Positions 22,407 to 31,589 of a stretch of DNA of 41,245 nt are shown here, in pieces. Origin of the DNA: a virus (lineage: Duplodnaviria; Heunggongvirae; Uroviricota; Caudoviricetes). Numbering within the stretch: the first letter of the stretch is position 1; each line of letters starts with the position of its first letter. The stretch lies in the IMG/VR virus record IMGVR_UViG_2684622581_000003; one strand, written 5' to 3'. The position numbers were made by a program, and so were the translations under genes. The notes beneath the pieces were generated by a model. The model was not told the DNA's origin. It did no database searches and saw nothing but the letters and a program-made list of their open reading frames with translations.

Positions 22407-22713
22407 CTTCTACTCCGGCTTTTTTAGCAGCGAAGCGTTTGATAAGCGAACCAATCGAGTCAGTGCCGATATAGCCGATGAACACGCTCGTTATATAAGC
22501 AAGATTGCTACTTAGTCCGGCGAAGTCGAGAAGGTCACGAATGAACCAGGCGATAATGGCGCACATCGTTGCGTCGATTACTGTTTTTGTAAACGCACCG
22601 CCATTATATCTGCCGCGAAGGTACGCCATTGCAAACGCAAGGATTGCCCCGATGCCTTGTTCCTTTGCCGCGAGAATGGCGGCTAACAGGTCATGTTTTT
22701 CTGGCATCTTCAT
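22390..22713 (-). CDS. S: Holin/antiholin, lambda S-type (dual start MKM)
   Basis: 107-aa ORF essentially identical to lambda S107 ([43 protein letters not shown]...). Confidence 0.95.
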   Translation of the reverse strand: MKMPEKHDLLAAILAAKEQGIGAILAFAMAYLRGRYNGGAFTKTVIDATMCAIIAWFIRDLLDFAGLSSNLAYITSVFIGYIGTDSIGSLIKRFAAKKAGVEDGGNQ

Positions 22714-23117
22714 GTCTTACCCCCAATAAGGGGATTTGCTCTATTTAATTAGGAATAAGGTCGATTACTGATAGAACAAATCCAGGCTACTGTGTTTAGT
22801 AATCAGATTTGTTCGTGACCGATATGCACGGGCAAAACGGCAGGAGGTTGTTAGCGCAGCCTCTTGCCCCCCGCTTTCACGAAGGTCATGCGTAGAATGC
22901 CGCAGCGTAACTATCACTGATGAATTCAGGATAGCCAGAGGCTACGGCTCAGTTTGGGTTGTGCTGTTGCTGGGCGGCGATGACGCCTGTACGCATTTGG
23001 TGATCCGGTTCTGCTTCCGGTATTCGCTTAATTCAGCACAACGGAAAGAGCACTGGCTAACCAAGCGCGCCGACTCTTCACGATTATCGACTCAATGCTC
23101 TTACCTGTTGTGCAAAT

Positions 23118-23160
23118 AAAAAAAGCCACCGTTGCAACTTAAGAGTCACTAACGGCAGCT
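23118..23160 (-). terminator. Intrinsic terminator immediately downstream of Q (tR-prime-like)
   Basis: Minus-strand RNA forms a 9-bp stem GCUGCCGUU / AACGGUGGC (two G-U pairs) followed by UUUUUUUAUUU, beginning about 15 nt after the Q stop codon. Confidence 0.55.
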
Positions 23161-23176
23161 TACCCTCTAATTATGG

Positions 23177-23695
23177 CTAAATGGCTAATTGCATGTCAAG
23201 GCTTTTAACAGCAACATGCTTAACTTTCTCAACACGTTTACGCATTTTGAAAGCATTTTGCATCGGCTGGTATAAAACAAATAATGACGCTTTCAGGATG
23301 TCGTCAATTTCGTTTCTACAGGTTGCCAGTGAAGGTTTTCTCCATCCCTCGCCACCACGTCCACACATCTTGCGTGGCTTTGCAGTCGCGTGATAGTAGG
23401 ATGCAATTGCTCGCTTAGATGAACCATGAGCGTAGTAGCTGAGGAGGATGCCAAAGGCTTTTTTGTCAATGTACATGACGGAATCGACGACCTGAGAAAT
23501 CAACATTCCATCATCATCATTGCACATTGGCCTTGTCATAACTCTTCCCGGATCTACGCTCTCCATGAACTTCGCTATTACGCTGCTCATGCGCTTTTCC
23601 AGACGACCTGAATAAACCCATGCGCCCCACAGTTCAAGCCAGCCATTCAGCCACTCGTGCTGCTCTTTGGTGAGGTTTAGTTCTCTTATGCCCAT
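23177..23695 (-). CDS. Q: Late-gene antiterminator Q, non-lambda type
   Basis: 172-aa ORF between the nin region and the lysis cassette; not similar to lambda Q by recall, so assigned mainly by position and size. Confidence 0.6.
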   Translation of the reverse strand: MGIRELNLTKEQHEWLNGWLELWGAWVYSGRLEKRMSSVIAKFMESVDPGRVMTRPMCNDDDGMLISQVVDSVMYIDKKAFGILLSYYAHGSSKRAIASYYHATAKPRKMCGRGGEGWRKPSLATCRNEIDDILKASLFVLYQPMQNAFKMRKRVEKVKHVAVKSLDMQLAI

Positions 23696-24357
23696 GCGCC
23701 TTCTCCCTGTACCTGAATCAATGTGAGGTTTCCGCAGAACACTGCGCCGGTATCGATATACATCTGGTTGGCAAACTTGAGTGGTTTCACTGCTGGCGTA
23801 TGACCAAAGATGAACGTGTCCGCTCCTTTGATTTCTTTCACGATCCCGTCTTGTGAGTTGCTGATTCGTTCGCGGTTCCAGATTACCTGCTGATGATCAA
23901 CTGGCTTTCCAAACTCGTATTCGTCACAAGGATAATCGGCGTGGCAGATGACATATTTTTTACCTTTACTCACCAGTTCGATGATTAACGGAAGTTCATC
24001 TGCTTTATGGGCAAGAGCTTTAGCCAGAATTTCTTTGTCGTAATCGAGATTAAAGAACCAGCCACCGCCATTAAGCAGCCAGTGATTGACGTTTCCGCGC
24101 TCTGATAAGCCATCAATCATCATTTGCTCATGGTTTCCACGTACAGCTCTGAACCAGGGGAATGTGATTAATTCCAGGCATTCGACGTTCTCTGTACCGC
24201 GATCAACCAAATCGCCCACTGAGATAAGCAGGTCTTTTTTGGTGTCGAATCCTATCGTCTCCAGTTTTTTCATCAGGTTCGTGTAGCATCCGTGCAGATC
24301 GCCAACTACCAAAATATTTCGGTATTTGCTGCCATCAATTTTTTCGTAATAGCGCAT
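23686..24357 (-). CDS. ninI: Ser/Thr protein phosphatase, lambda PPase (NinI) type
   Basis: Matches lambda phosphatase from [28 protein letters not shown] onward, including the GDLVDRG and GNHE metallophosphatase motifs; start set at the aligned Met. Confidence 0.9.
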   Translation of the reverse strand: MRYYEKIDGSKYRNILVVGDLHGCYTNLMKKLETIGFDTKKDLLISVGDLVDRGTENVECLELITFPWFRAVRGNHEQMMIDGLSERGNVNHWLLNGGGWFFNLDYDKEILAKALAHKADELPLIIELVSKGKKYVICHADYPCDEYEFGKPVDHQQVIWNRERISNSQDGIVKEIKGADTFIFGHTPAVKPLKFANQMYIDTGAVFCGNLTLIQVQGEGAWA

Positions 24358-24541
24358 CTCTTTCACTCCATCCGCGATGAACCATGAGAACGTCGTTGAC
24401 GATGGCGTGCATTTTCCCGTCTTTATCATCAACGTATTTTCTGACCGTACAGCGACTACATTTCAGTCTGCGTGCTACTTCTGTCTGGTTTCCGTATGCT
24501 TCAACGAGCATGTCTGGAATGGTTTTTACTGAGAACGTCAT
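24335..24541 (-). CDS. ninH: NinH
   Basis: 68-aa ORF near-identical to lambda NinH ([67 protein letters not shown]). Confidence 0.85.
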   Translation of the reverse strand: MTFSVKTIPDMLVEAYGNQTEVARRLKCSRCTVRKYVDDKDGKMHAIVNDVLMVHRGWSERDALLRKN

Positions 24542-25149
24542 GCGGCCTCACTTCTGCTATTTCGTAGGTCTTTGAGTTTCTGTTGGTACTCTGCCTTGAT
24601 CGCCTTGCACTCTTCGATAGTCCAGCGATGGCGGTTATGGTTTGATTCGATTTCGTCTACTGCTTCCTGCCCGATGCGGCTAATCAGTTCGACGCGATAC
24701 GGAACGAGATTTCCGCTTTTGTGCTGGTTGCACACCACGCATTGCTTGTGAATATTGCGTTCATCAAATCGGAGTTGAGGTGCCGCAGCAGTTGTCCGGT
24801 AATGCCCGGCATCCCACTGAGCAGACGTGAGCGTTCCGCACGAGATACATGGTAAGTCGCGGTCTCTTTCTCTGATGAAGGCGTTTACGGCTTGTTGGGC
24901 TTGTTTAATCCAGTAACTGCGGGGCTTTAAGGCGAGTTTTCGAATCTTAAGTTTATCTTTCTGTTTCTGCTCCTCTCGTCGTCGTTTCTTCTCTGCTGCC
25001 TTTTCCGCTTTTTCGCGTTCTTTGCTTCGTCGTTCGAGTGCTATCTTGGTTCCACACTCTGGAGAGCACCACCACTGATTAGCGAATGCAGGGTGAAACC
25101 ATTCCCGACATTCTTCGTTTTTACATCGTCTTCGCGCTGGTTTAGCCAT
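24538..25149 (-). CDS. ninG: NinG/Rap recombination-associated protein
   Basis: 203-aa Cys-rich ORF in the NinG position; overlapping start and stop with its neighbours. Confidence 0.8.
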   Translation of the reverse strand: MAKPARRRCKNEECREWFHPAFANQWWCSPECGTKIALERRSKEREKAEKAAEKKRRREEQKQKDKLKIRKLALKPRSYWIKQAQQAVNAFIRERDRDLPCISCGTLTSAQWDAGHYRTTAAAPQLRFDERNIHKQCVVCNQHKSGNLVPYRVELISRIGQEAVDEIESNHNRHRWTIEECKAIKAEYQQKLKDLRNSRSEAA

Positions 25150-25312
25150 CGTCTTCTTCCTCGTACATTGAGCTATTCGGATCGCTCATCAGTTCTGCGC
25201 AGCAGTGCTCACACATGTGAACTTCCAGCACATGCAGCTTCTGACCGCAGTTAGCGCACGTTAAAGCCCGCTCGACGCTTTCTTGTTCGTAACTTCGATT
25301 TGGGTCAATCAC
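25142..25312 (-). CDS. ninF: NinF-like small protein (GTG start)
   Basis: Hand-translated 56-aa [59 protein letters not shown] resembling lambda NinF; absent from the ORF track because it is shorter than 60 aa. Confidence 0.6.
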   Translation of the reverse strand: MIDPNRSYEQESVERALTCANCGQKLHVLEVHMCEHCCAELMSDPNSSMYEEEDDG

Positions 25313-25491
25313 CTTGTTTTCCTCGCACGTTCTCTAAGCCACCGGATATCCCACAGGTGAGCCGTGTAGTTGAAGGTTTTTACGTCAGATTCTTTTGGGA
25401 TTGGCTTGCGTTTATTTCTGGAGCGTTTCGTTGGAAGGTATTTGCAGTTTTCGCAGATGATGTCGGTGATACTTCGTCGCTGTCGTCTCAT
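25309..25491 (-). CDS. ninE: NinE-like small protein
   Basis: 60-aa basic protein from the internal Met [19 protein letters not shown]...; overlapping start/stop with the methyltransferase gene; the ORF-track version extends to 25581. Confidence 0.55.
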   Translation of the reverse strand: MRRQRRSITDIICENCKYLPTKRSRNKRKPIPKESDVKTFNYTAHLWDIRWLRERARKTR

Positions 25492-26015
25492 TCTGCCCTC
25501 CTGACGCCCTGCCCGATCGCCATCAATGCCGCTTTGGATACGGTAGTAAACATCCGTCGAGGACTGATGAACGGTCGCCAAATCAGCAGCATGGAGCCTT
25601 TGCTGTTTCCCTTCTTCTCCATCCCTGTCGATGGTTCGATAAAATTAATCCGTCCATCAGTGATAATGCGAACTTCGTCGACACTCTCCAGAGCCTTGCT
25701 GAACCATCCGACTGACATATCCTCTGGCACAAGCATAACTACCGTCTGTCGCTGTTGTATGCACTGCTCAGCGGCTTTTTCCACCCACGGCCTGATATTG
25801 CTGTACGGTGGGTTATTCCAGATTGCACCGTGGCTTACCCACTCAGAATTGAGCGCGTCGTCGGCCTCAGTTAGCCAGTGAGCACACAGAGCATTTTTGT
25901 CGCTCGCTGCCGAATCCAGCCAGAATCCAAACTCAATATCCAGTGCATCAAAAAGCCAAAGCGGCGTTTGCCAGCAGTCCTTGTCGTGTGCTGGCGTATT
26001 TGATTTGATAGTCAT
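25488..26015 (-). CDS. Orphan DNA N6-adenine methyltransferase (phage Dam-like)
   Basis: 175-aa ORF containing the NPPY catalytic motif ([10 protein letters not shown]); in the nin region; no adjacent restriction endonuclease gene. Confidence 0.75.
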   Translation of the reverse strand: MTIKSNTPAHDKDCWQTPLWLFDALDIEFGFWLDSAASDKNALCAHWLTEADDALNSEWVSHGAIWNNPPYSNIRPWVEKAAEQCIQQRQTVVMLVPEDMSVGWFSKALESVDEVRIITDGRINFIEPSTGMEKKGNSKGSMLLIWRPFISPRRMFTTVSKAALMAIGQGVRRAE

Positions 26016-26458
26016 GCAGCCCTACCTTTTCGTTGTGACCATTCATACTCTCGCCGGGAGTCATCACTCCACCGCACGCTGCGCTCTGAGCCGAACCAGA
26101 ACATGATTTCGATAAGCTCAGTCATGCTGGCCTTTCGCATTTTGCTGGTACGCACGCCAAGCATGACAACGCCACCGTCGATACCAGGCACACTTCGTTG
26201 CTCCAGTTTTTTGGTCTTAAGCCACAGGGCAGTGAACAGGTCTTTCCAGTCTTCCGGTGCCAGCCGTTGACCATGCCATAGCACCTGACGCGAAACATCG
26301 TTCAGCATCGGCCACATACGGTCATTCTGCGCTTTGCTGCGTTTGGGTTCTCTAACGTGGACTTCGTGAGGTGACTTGTCGTCGATGGGAAGTGAGAGTA
26401 TTGCGTCTATGGCGTTGTTTCTGATTTCTTCGTTGCGAAGCATGTATATTTGCTTCAT
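26012..26458 (-). CDS. ninB: NinB/Orf-family recombination mediator
   Basis: Similar to lambda NinB (LDQNRKLW vs KAQNDRMWPMLNDVSRQV.WHG ... KWSDE); start set at an internal Met. Confidence 0.75.
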   Translation of the reverse strand: MKQIYMLRNEEIRNNAIDAILSLPIDDKSPHEVHVREPKRSKAQNDRMWPMLNDVSRQVLWHGQRLAPEDWKDLFTALWLKTKKLEQRSVPGIDGGVVMLGVRTSKMRKASMTELIEIMFWFGSERSVRWSDDSRREYEWSQRKGRAA

Positions 26459-26460
26459 CG

Positions 26461-26733
26461 TTACTCCTTCACTTTGACTCCAGCAGCGCGAATCCGTCCT
26501 TCGCATTCACTAATTGCGTCGTTATAACCAAATGTGACCCCATCCTCGAAATCGGTAGAAAATGCCTCACGCTCTCTTTTTCCAGGACACTCAATCTCGA
26601 TAGCTGCGCGAGATGCCTGCCATGCCCTCCATGCCATTTCAGTGGATGAATAAACATACCCGCAATCACCATATGCAAGGCTTAAATTTTGCTTTTTCGC
26701 GAACTCCAAAAACTGCTTTCTTGATTCGTCCAT
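26461..26733 (-). CDS. Hypothetical protein (nin region)
   Basis: 90-aa ORF, co-directional, stop overlapping the ninB start. Confidence 0.45.
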   Translation of the reverse strand: MDESRKQFLEFAKKQNLSLAYGDCGYVYSSTEMAWRAWQASRAAIEIECPGKREREAFSTDFEDGVTFGYNDAISECEGRIRAAGVKVKE

Positions 26734-26750
26734 CGGTACTTACCCTCAGT

Positions 26751-26957
26751 TCAACTCACAAAACGCCACGCCATTTTTGCTACAGCGACAGGCATAACAC
26801 CGATAATCACCCAGACAAATGCAGCGCCAAACAACGTATACCATGGGTCTTTACCGTCACTCACAAGACGAATGTAGCTATGCAGAACAATAAAAAACGT
26901 CAGAAGAATCCATCCAACGCCAACGAATTTGAGTGCGACGAGCATAAACTCAACCAC
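26751..26957 (-). CDS. Small two-helix membrane protein
   Basis: 68-aa ORF with two hydrophobic stretches. Confidence 0.4.
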   Translation of the reverse strand: MVEFMLVALKFVGVGWILLTFFIVLHSYIRLVSDGKDPWYTLFGAAFVWVIIGVMPVAVAKMAWRFVS

Positions 26958-27033
26958 GATTTACTCTCCCCCAAATAAAAAGGCCTGCGATTACCAGCAG
27001 GCCTGTTATTAGCTCAGTGATGTAGATGGTCAT
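26899..27033 (-). CDS. Small hydrophobic peptide, translationally coupled to the helicase gene
   Basis: Hand-translated 44-aa ORF MTIYITELITGLLVIAGLFYLGE...; its ATG overlaps the helicase stop (TGATG); overlaps the next ORF in another frame, so one of the two may be spurious. Confidence 0.3.
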
Positions 27034-28484
27034 CAGAATCCTCCTTTCTTCTTGGACTGCGGTTCCTCGCGTTCACGTCGGCGCATTTCAGCAGACTGTT
27101 GGTCTGTGTCATAAATAGCGCCATTTGCCTGAATGCAATACACCGTGCCGGTATTGCCATGACGATTGAGACGAAGGATTAGTTCAGTTTCACCAGGTGG
27201 AACACTGTCATCAAAAGCGCCTTCACGATGGATCCCGACCCAATAATCGCAATCCTGTTCAATCTGCCCTGTATCTCGTGAGTCACTTGGTAATGGGCGT
27301 TTATTGGTTCTGCTTTCCAGTGCGCGGTTAAGCTGCGTCAGAAGCACAACAACGCAATCAAGCTCTTTGGCAAGGTTCTTCAGTCCTTTGGTGATCATGC
27401 CGTAAGCAAGGTCGTTGCGATCGGCCTTCTCAGCGGTCATTAGTGTCAGGTAATCGACCAGAATCATGCCAACACATCCTTTTTCTCGCTTGATTCGACG
27501 GCTTTCGCTGACGATTTGAGCCAGAGATAATCCAGGCGTGTCGTCGATGTAAAGCAGGTCGATTTCACTCAAGCGATTGGCTGTTTCGATCGCCCTGTTG
27601 AAGTCACCATCGTAATCACCCTGATAGCCGTCATCGGCGTCATTTGTCGCCGGAAGGTAAAAAATATTCGGGTTAACACCAGACTTCTGCCCTACCAGTT
27701 TTTCCAGTATCTGGTCACCGGGCATTTCAAGGCTGAACATCAGAGCGGGCTTTTTCTCATGCACTGCGCAGTTGATTGCCATCTGGCTGTATAGCATCGT
27801 TTTCCCCATCTTAGGGCGAGCGCCAATGACAAACAGAGATCCTTTCACCAGACCTTTCGGTGACAGCATCCTGTCCAGCGATGGGATCCCTGTGCTCATT
27901 CCTCGTTGTTCGCCTGACGGGTCAAATCGCTTCTCAAGGTCGCTAACCCAGTCTTCCATGACCTCACCAAATGAGCGAAGGCCGCGACGCGATCCGGTTT
28001 TTGCATGGTCTGTCAGTTGCGTGAAAATCGCCTGAATAGCTTCGTACTTCTGCGTTGCAGTCATTCCGTTGCGTGAATAGAGCAATTCCGTCGCTTCAGT
28101 CATGCGGTTGATGGCGTAGCGTTCCATTGCGGTTTCACGAACCTGCATTGCATAGGCAACGATGTTTGCTGCGCTTGGCGTGTTCTTTGCGATCTCAGCG
28201 ATATAAGCAAAACCGCCAACAGACGCCGTTAACGATTTGCGCTCCAGTTCATCGAAAAGCGTCAGCCCATCTACTGGCTTTTGCTCCCGGTGCATTCTGG
28301 TTATTTCTTCGAAAAGGATTTTGTGTGGCCGGCTGTAAAATGAATCAGGCTTCAGCATCGCCAGAACTTTCCGGACGCGCTCACTGCTGTCATCATCCAG
28401 AAGCAATCCACCAATAACCGCCTGCTCTGCCTCGATGCTATGGGGCGGCGCATAAAAATTATCGGTCATCGTGTTCACCCTCAC
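27033..28484 (-). CDS. Replicative DNA helicase, DnaB family (P22 gp12-like)
   Basis: 483-aa ORF with Walker A motif GARPKMGKT and DnaB-like architecture; the start may be a few codons downstream. Confidence 0.85.
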   Translation of the reverse strand: MRVNTMTDNFYAPPHSIEAEQAVIGGLLLDDDSSERVRKVLAMLKPDSFYSRPHKILFEEITRMHREQKPVDGLTLFDELERKSLTASVGGFAYIAEIAKNTPSAANIVAYAMQVRETAMERYAINRMTEATELLYSRNGMTATQKYEAIQAIFTQLTDHAKTGSRRGLRSFGEVMEDWVSDLEKRFDPSGEQRGMSTGIPSLDRMLSPKGLVKGSLFVIGARPKMGKTMLYSQMAINCAVHEKKPALMFSLEMPGDQILEKLVGQKSGVNPNIFYLPATNDADDGYQGDYDGDFNRAIETANRLSEIDLLYIDDTPGLSLAQIVSESRRIKREKGCVGMILVDYLTLMTAEKADRNDLAYGMITKGLKNLAKELDCVVVLLTQLNRALESRTNKRPLPSDSRDTGQIEQDCDYWVGIHREGAFDDSVPPGETELILRLNRHGNTGTVYCIQANGAIYDTDQQSAEMRRREREEPQSKKKGGF

Positions 28485-29349
28485 GAACTTTCAGGTAGGT
28501 ATTGTCGTTAAGCAGGAAATCAAATCCCTTTTTGTGCCAGACGGTTCCGCGTTGATGGTTTGGGCGTTCTTCGAACATCCATCGGCAATTTTCGCCAACG
28601 TAGCTCAAATAATTTCTCCAGTCCTGCATCGTGAACCCATGCCCGTCAAGCTGGCGGGTTATCACTCCGGCTTTGCGCCAGAACGTTCGGATCTGGTTTT
28701 TACGCTTGTCATTCAGTGCGCGGATTCTTGGAGCTTCAGGAAGGATTTCGTGGTAAGCATCGACAACATCCTGACAGCTAACGGAAGGTTTTTTCTTGTC
28801 AGACTTTTTGTCTGCTGTGGCACTCTCTAATACGTCAGTATTAGAGATATTATTTATATTATTGTTTATGGACAACCGTTGGACAACCGTTGGACAATCT
28901 CCGCTGAGAGCCGCGCCATTACTGGTGTTTGCGTTGGACAACCGTTGGACAACCGTTGGACAATTTTTTGCCTGAAAATCGTCATATTTAACGATTGTAA
29001 ACAGGCTAAATTTCTTCCCCATCGAGCAAATATTAAGCATCCCTTTCGACTCAAAAGTCCGTAATAAGCTCCGAACTTTGTTGTCGGGGATGAATGTTTC
29101 TCTGACCAGCGACGGGCGTCCAGTTATCATCTGACCGCGATCAACAGTTATCGGACCGATATCCGTATTGACGACAGTAGATTCGTGATTAGCCTTGAGG
29201 ATTAAGTGAAGCCAAAGATGTACTGCCTGAGAGTCCTTATAGAGCCTGCTGTCCATAAACTGGCGGTGTATAGAGACATACCCCATACTGGATGCCTCCT
29301 GATGTTGTACAGGGTTATGCCTGTAATCAGCTAACTTAACGACGCCCAT
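28459..29349 (-). CDS. Replication initiator protein (O-like / P22 gp18-like) with internal origin iterons
   Basis: 296-aa ORF upstream of the helicase; an internal DNA iteron array is translated as the repeated peptide CPTVVQRLS. Confidence 0.75.
   Translation of the reverse strand: MGVVKLADYRHNPVQHQEASSMGYVSIHRQFMDSRLYKDSQAVHLWLHLILKANHESTVVNTDIGPITVDRGQMITGRPSLVRETFIPDNKVRSLLRTFESKGMLNICSMGKKFSLFTIVKYDDFQAKNCPTVVQRLSNANTSNGAALSGDCPTVVQRLSINNNINNISNTDVLESATADKKSDKKKPSVSCQDVVDAYHEILPEAPRIRALNDKRKNQIRTFWRKAGVITRQLDGHGFTMQDWRNYLSYVGENCRWMFEERPNHQRGTVWHKKGFDFLLNDNTYLKVREGEHDDR
28870..28964. repeat. Origin iterons: two clusters of three 11-bp direct repeats (gttggacaacc) with an adjacent AT-rich tract
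   Basis: Direct reading: ggacaaccgttggacaaccgttggacaa at 28870-28898 and again at 28933-28964, separated by about 35 bp, inside the initiator gene. Confidence 0.8.
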
Positions 29350-29497
29350 GTTTCACTCCTGCTTTGGCTAGTCTGTAAACACCAACAAGGCGCTCTGCGA
29401 ACGCCCTGTTATTTGCTGCGGCTACCACTAATCCCTCAGGTGAATCAGGGTGTCGAATCTCTTCTTTTTCCTGGTATTTCTTACGACGTTTTGTCAT
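29336..29497 (-). CDS. Small hypothetical basic protein between cII and the replication initiator
   Basis: Hand-translated 53-aa ORF MTKRRKKYQEKEEIRHPDSPEGL...; its stop overlaps the initiator start. Confidence 0.3.
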   Translation of the reverse strand: MTKRRKKYQEKEEIRHPDSPEGLVVAAANNRAFAERLVGVYRLAKAGVKHGRR

Positions 29498-29531
29498 AAT
29501 TACTCCTGTGGATTGATCCAGTCTTTCTACA

Positions 29532-29813
29532 TCAGGCCTCGAAGAATTCGCCGTTCTTCGGGGCTTTTTCTTTTGTCAGGTAATTGGCAAGCCGCTTAGT
29601 CAGCTCAGCCATTTCATCGTCTTCGATTCCGTATTCCAGAACAGCCAGCATCATGCTTACCTGCGAGAAGAAACCATTCTTCCATCGGCTTACCTGATAT
29701 TCAGGAACCCCCATCGCTCGAGCGAATGTCTTCTGCCCCATCAGTGCCAGTTTGTTCAGCAAGGCTGACTCGATGCGAGCCGCTTTCTTGCTTTTAGTTG
29801 CAATAGTACCCAT
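29532..29813 (-). CDS. cII: CII-like transcriptional activator
   Basis: 93-aa ORF similar to lambda CII (ARIESALLNKLA ... QVSRWK ... FSQVSMMLAVLEYG). Confidence 0.8.
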   Translation of the reverse strand: MGTIATKSKKAARIESALLNKLALMGQKTFARAMGVPEYQVSRWKNGFFSQVSMMLAVLEYGIEDDEMAELTKRLANYLTKEKAPKNGEFFEA

Positions 29814-29889
29814 AGATAATTTCCTTAATAATTAGATAGAGTTGGCTTCGCAAAGAAACGCAAAACCATAGAGATTTGTTTCTGGTAAT

Positions 29890-29921
29890 GCCCTTTTTCA
29901 GGGCTGTGATGTGTAAGAGCT
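29890..29921 (-). promoter_or_regulatory. nutR (boxA plus boxB)
   Basis: Minus strand reads AGCTCTTACACA ... GCCCTGAAAAAGGGC, matching lambda nutR boxA/boxB, between cro and cII. Confidence 0.85.
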
Positions 29922-29929
29922 AGAATGTC

Positions 29930-30145
29930 TTAAGCGGCTTTGTGTTCCGGCGGGAACACGTCATCAAGACTGACTTTTGCACCTAACTTGTTTAGGCACT
30001 CAACAAGAGCACGGCATGTTTTAAGGTCTGGGAAGCGACGACCAGATTCCCAATGTCCGATAGCTCCCTGTGTGCATCCAACTGCCTTAGCAAGTGTTGT
30101 TTGAGAGATATTCAGTGACTCTCGATATTTTCGTAGGTTGCTCAT
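29930..30145 (-). CDS. cro: Cro-like HTH repressor
   Basis: 71-aa HTH-XRE protein (ISQTTLAKAVGCTQGAIGHWESG) divergent from cI; start set at the internal Met next to the operator region. Confidence 0.75.
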   Translation of the reverse strand: MSNLRKYRESLNISQTTLAKAVGCTQGAIGHWESGRRFPDLKTCRALVECLNKLGAKVSLDDVFPPEHKAA

Positions 30146-30263
30146 ATGCCCTCCATAGTAACCATGAAACAATAATACGATATGTACTTTTAGAATGCAA
30201 ACAAAAAAATACATCTTGTGCATGGATGGTTTTAGTACAGAGCGTAATAATAAGGGTATGAAA
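30146..30263. promoter_or_regulatory. Right operator/promoter region (OR, PR, PRM) between divergent cro and cI
   Basis: 118-bp AT-rich divergent intergenic region; individual operators not resolved by eye. Confidence 0.5.
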
Positions 30264-30917
30264 ATGAAATGGTATGAACTGGCTAGATCCAGAATGAAAG
30301 AGCTCGGCATAACTCAAGAGAAGTTAGCTGAAGAGCTTGGTATGACGCAGGGTGGAATTGGTCACTGGTTGCGCGGATCTCGTCATCCATCTCTTGACGA
30401 GATTGGTGTGGTGTTTAAATACCTTGGTATTGATAACGTCTCATTCAACCACGACGGTACATTTTCACCTGTTGGCGAATACTCATCTGCCCCCGTTAAA
30501 AAACAATATGAGTACCCTGTTTTTTCTCATGTTCAGGCCGGGATGTTCTCGCCTGAGCTTAGAACCTTTACCAAAGGTGATGCGGAGAGATGGGTCAGCA
30601 CAACCAAAAAAGCCAGTGATTGTGCGTTCTGGCTTGAAGTTGAAGGTAATTCCATGACCGCGCCAACAGGATCCAAGCCAAGCTTTCCTGACGGGATGTT
30701 AATTCTCGTTGACCCTGAGCAGGCTGTTGAGCCAGGTGATTTCTGCATAGCCAGACTTGGTGGTGACGAGTTTACCTTCAAGAAACTGATCAGGGATAGC
30801 GGTCAGGTGTTCCTACAGCCACTAAACCCGCAATATCCAATGATTCCATGCAATGATAGCTGTTCCGTAGTAGGGAAAGTTATCGCCAGCCAGTGGCCTG
30901 AAGAGACATTTAGTTAA
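30264..30917 (+). CDS. cI: CI repressor: non-lambda N-terminal HTH domain fused to a lambda-type C-terminal LexA-like (S24) cleavage/dimerisation domain
   Basis: C-terminal region [52 protein letters not shown]...[11 protein letters not shown] matches lambda CI; N-terminal region does not. Start chosen at the ATG with AAGGG 7 nt upstream; the ORF track begins at 30195. Confidence 0.85.
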   Translation: MKWYELARSRMKELGITQEKLAEELGMTQGGIGHWLRGSRHPSLDEIGVVFKYLGIDNVSFNHDGTFSPVGEYSSAPVKKQYEYPVFSHVQAGMFSPELRTFTKGDAERWVSTTKKASDCAFWLEVEGNSMTAPTGSKPSFPDGMLILVDPEQAVEPGDFCIARLGGDEFTFKKLIRDSGQVFLQPLNPQYPMIPCNDSCSVVGKVIASQWPEETFS

Positions 30918-30948
30918 CAGCCTCACAACTCTAAAACACACAACAATA

Positions 30949-30978
30949 ACCCGACCTTAGCGTCGGGTTTTCTTTTTC
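30949..30978 (+). terminator. Intrinsic terminator downstream of cI
   Basis: Stem acccgac / gtcgggt with 6-nt loop followed by tttctttttcc. Confidence 0.6.
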
Positions 30979-31043
30979 CAAAATATAAACCCATTAAATA
31001 CAAAGCGTTATAAAAAACTAATTATATTTAGAACATTTTGTAT

Positions 31044-31072
31044 TGACTCGATAAAGTACAAATCGTACTATT
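31044..31072 (+). promoter_or_regulatory. PL-like early-left promoter with flanking OL palindrome
   Basis: TTGACT, 17-bp spacer, TACTAT, oriented toward N; palindrome tttgta...tacaaa overlaps the -35 to -10 region. Confidence 0.6.
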
Positions 31073-31110
31073 TGGCCATCAGCAGGACGCACTAACCACC
31101 ATGAAGGTGA

Positions 31111-31141
31111 TGCTCTTAAAAATTTAGCCCTGAAGAAGGGC
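31111..31141 (+). promoter_or_regulatory. nutL (boxA plus boxB)
   Basis: tgctcttaa followed by gccctgaagaagggc, matching lambda nutL boxB. Confidence 0.85.
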
Positions 31142-31251
31142 AGCATTCAAAGCAGAAAGCTTTGAGTAGCGCGAAATGCAGCTGCAAGACAGCAACCGTG
31201 GAGATAAGCATCACGGCGCGTTACTCAAAGCTAACTGACAGGAGAATCCAG

Positions 31252-31578
31252 ATGGATGCACAAACACGCCGCCGCGAACGTCGCGCAGAGAAACAGGCTC
31301 AATGGAAAGCAGCAAATCCCCTGTTGGTTGGGGTAAGCGCAAAACCAGTTAACCGCCCTATTCTCTCGCTGAATCGCAAACCGAAATCACGAGTAGAAAG
31401 CGCACTGAATCCGATAGACCTTACGGTGCTGGCTGAATACCACGAACAGATTGAAAGCAACCTGCAACGTATTGAGCGCAAGAATCAGCGCACATGGTAC
31501 AGCAAGCCACGTAGTGAAATGGGTGTGACTTGTGTTGGTCGCCAGAAAATGAAATTAGGCAGCAAACCACTTATTTGA
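31252..31578 (+). CDS. N: N antiterminator, lambda type
   Basis: MDAQTRRRERRAEKQAQWKAANPLLVGVSAKPVNRPILSLNRKPKSRVESALNPIDLTVLAEYH.QIESNLQRIERKNQRTWYSKP matches lambda N; start set at the aligned Met. Confidence 0.9.
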   Translation: MDAQTRRRERRAEKQAQWKAANPLLVGVSAKPVNRPILSLNRKPKSRVESALNPIDLTVLAEYHEQIESNLQRIERKNQRTWYSKPRSEMGVTCVGRQKMKLGSKPLI

Positions 31579-31589
31579 GAGGAATTAAT

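Noticed and set aside
28870-28964. Possible CRISPR array (short direct repeats)
   Set aside because: The repeats are 11 bp, tandem without unique spacers, lie inside a coding sequence and fit origin iterons; no cas genes are present.
30195-30263. Upstream extension of cI to the first ATG of the ORF (240 aa)
   Set aside because: Would leave under 50 bp for the divergent operator/promoter region and lacks a ribosome binding site; the start at 30264 has AAGGG at good spacing.
30087-30317. 76-aa minus-strand ORF spanning the cro start and the operator region
   Set aside because: Overlaps cro in another frame and runs through the cI promoter region; no homology; likely spurious.
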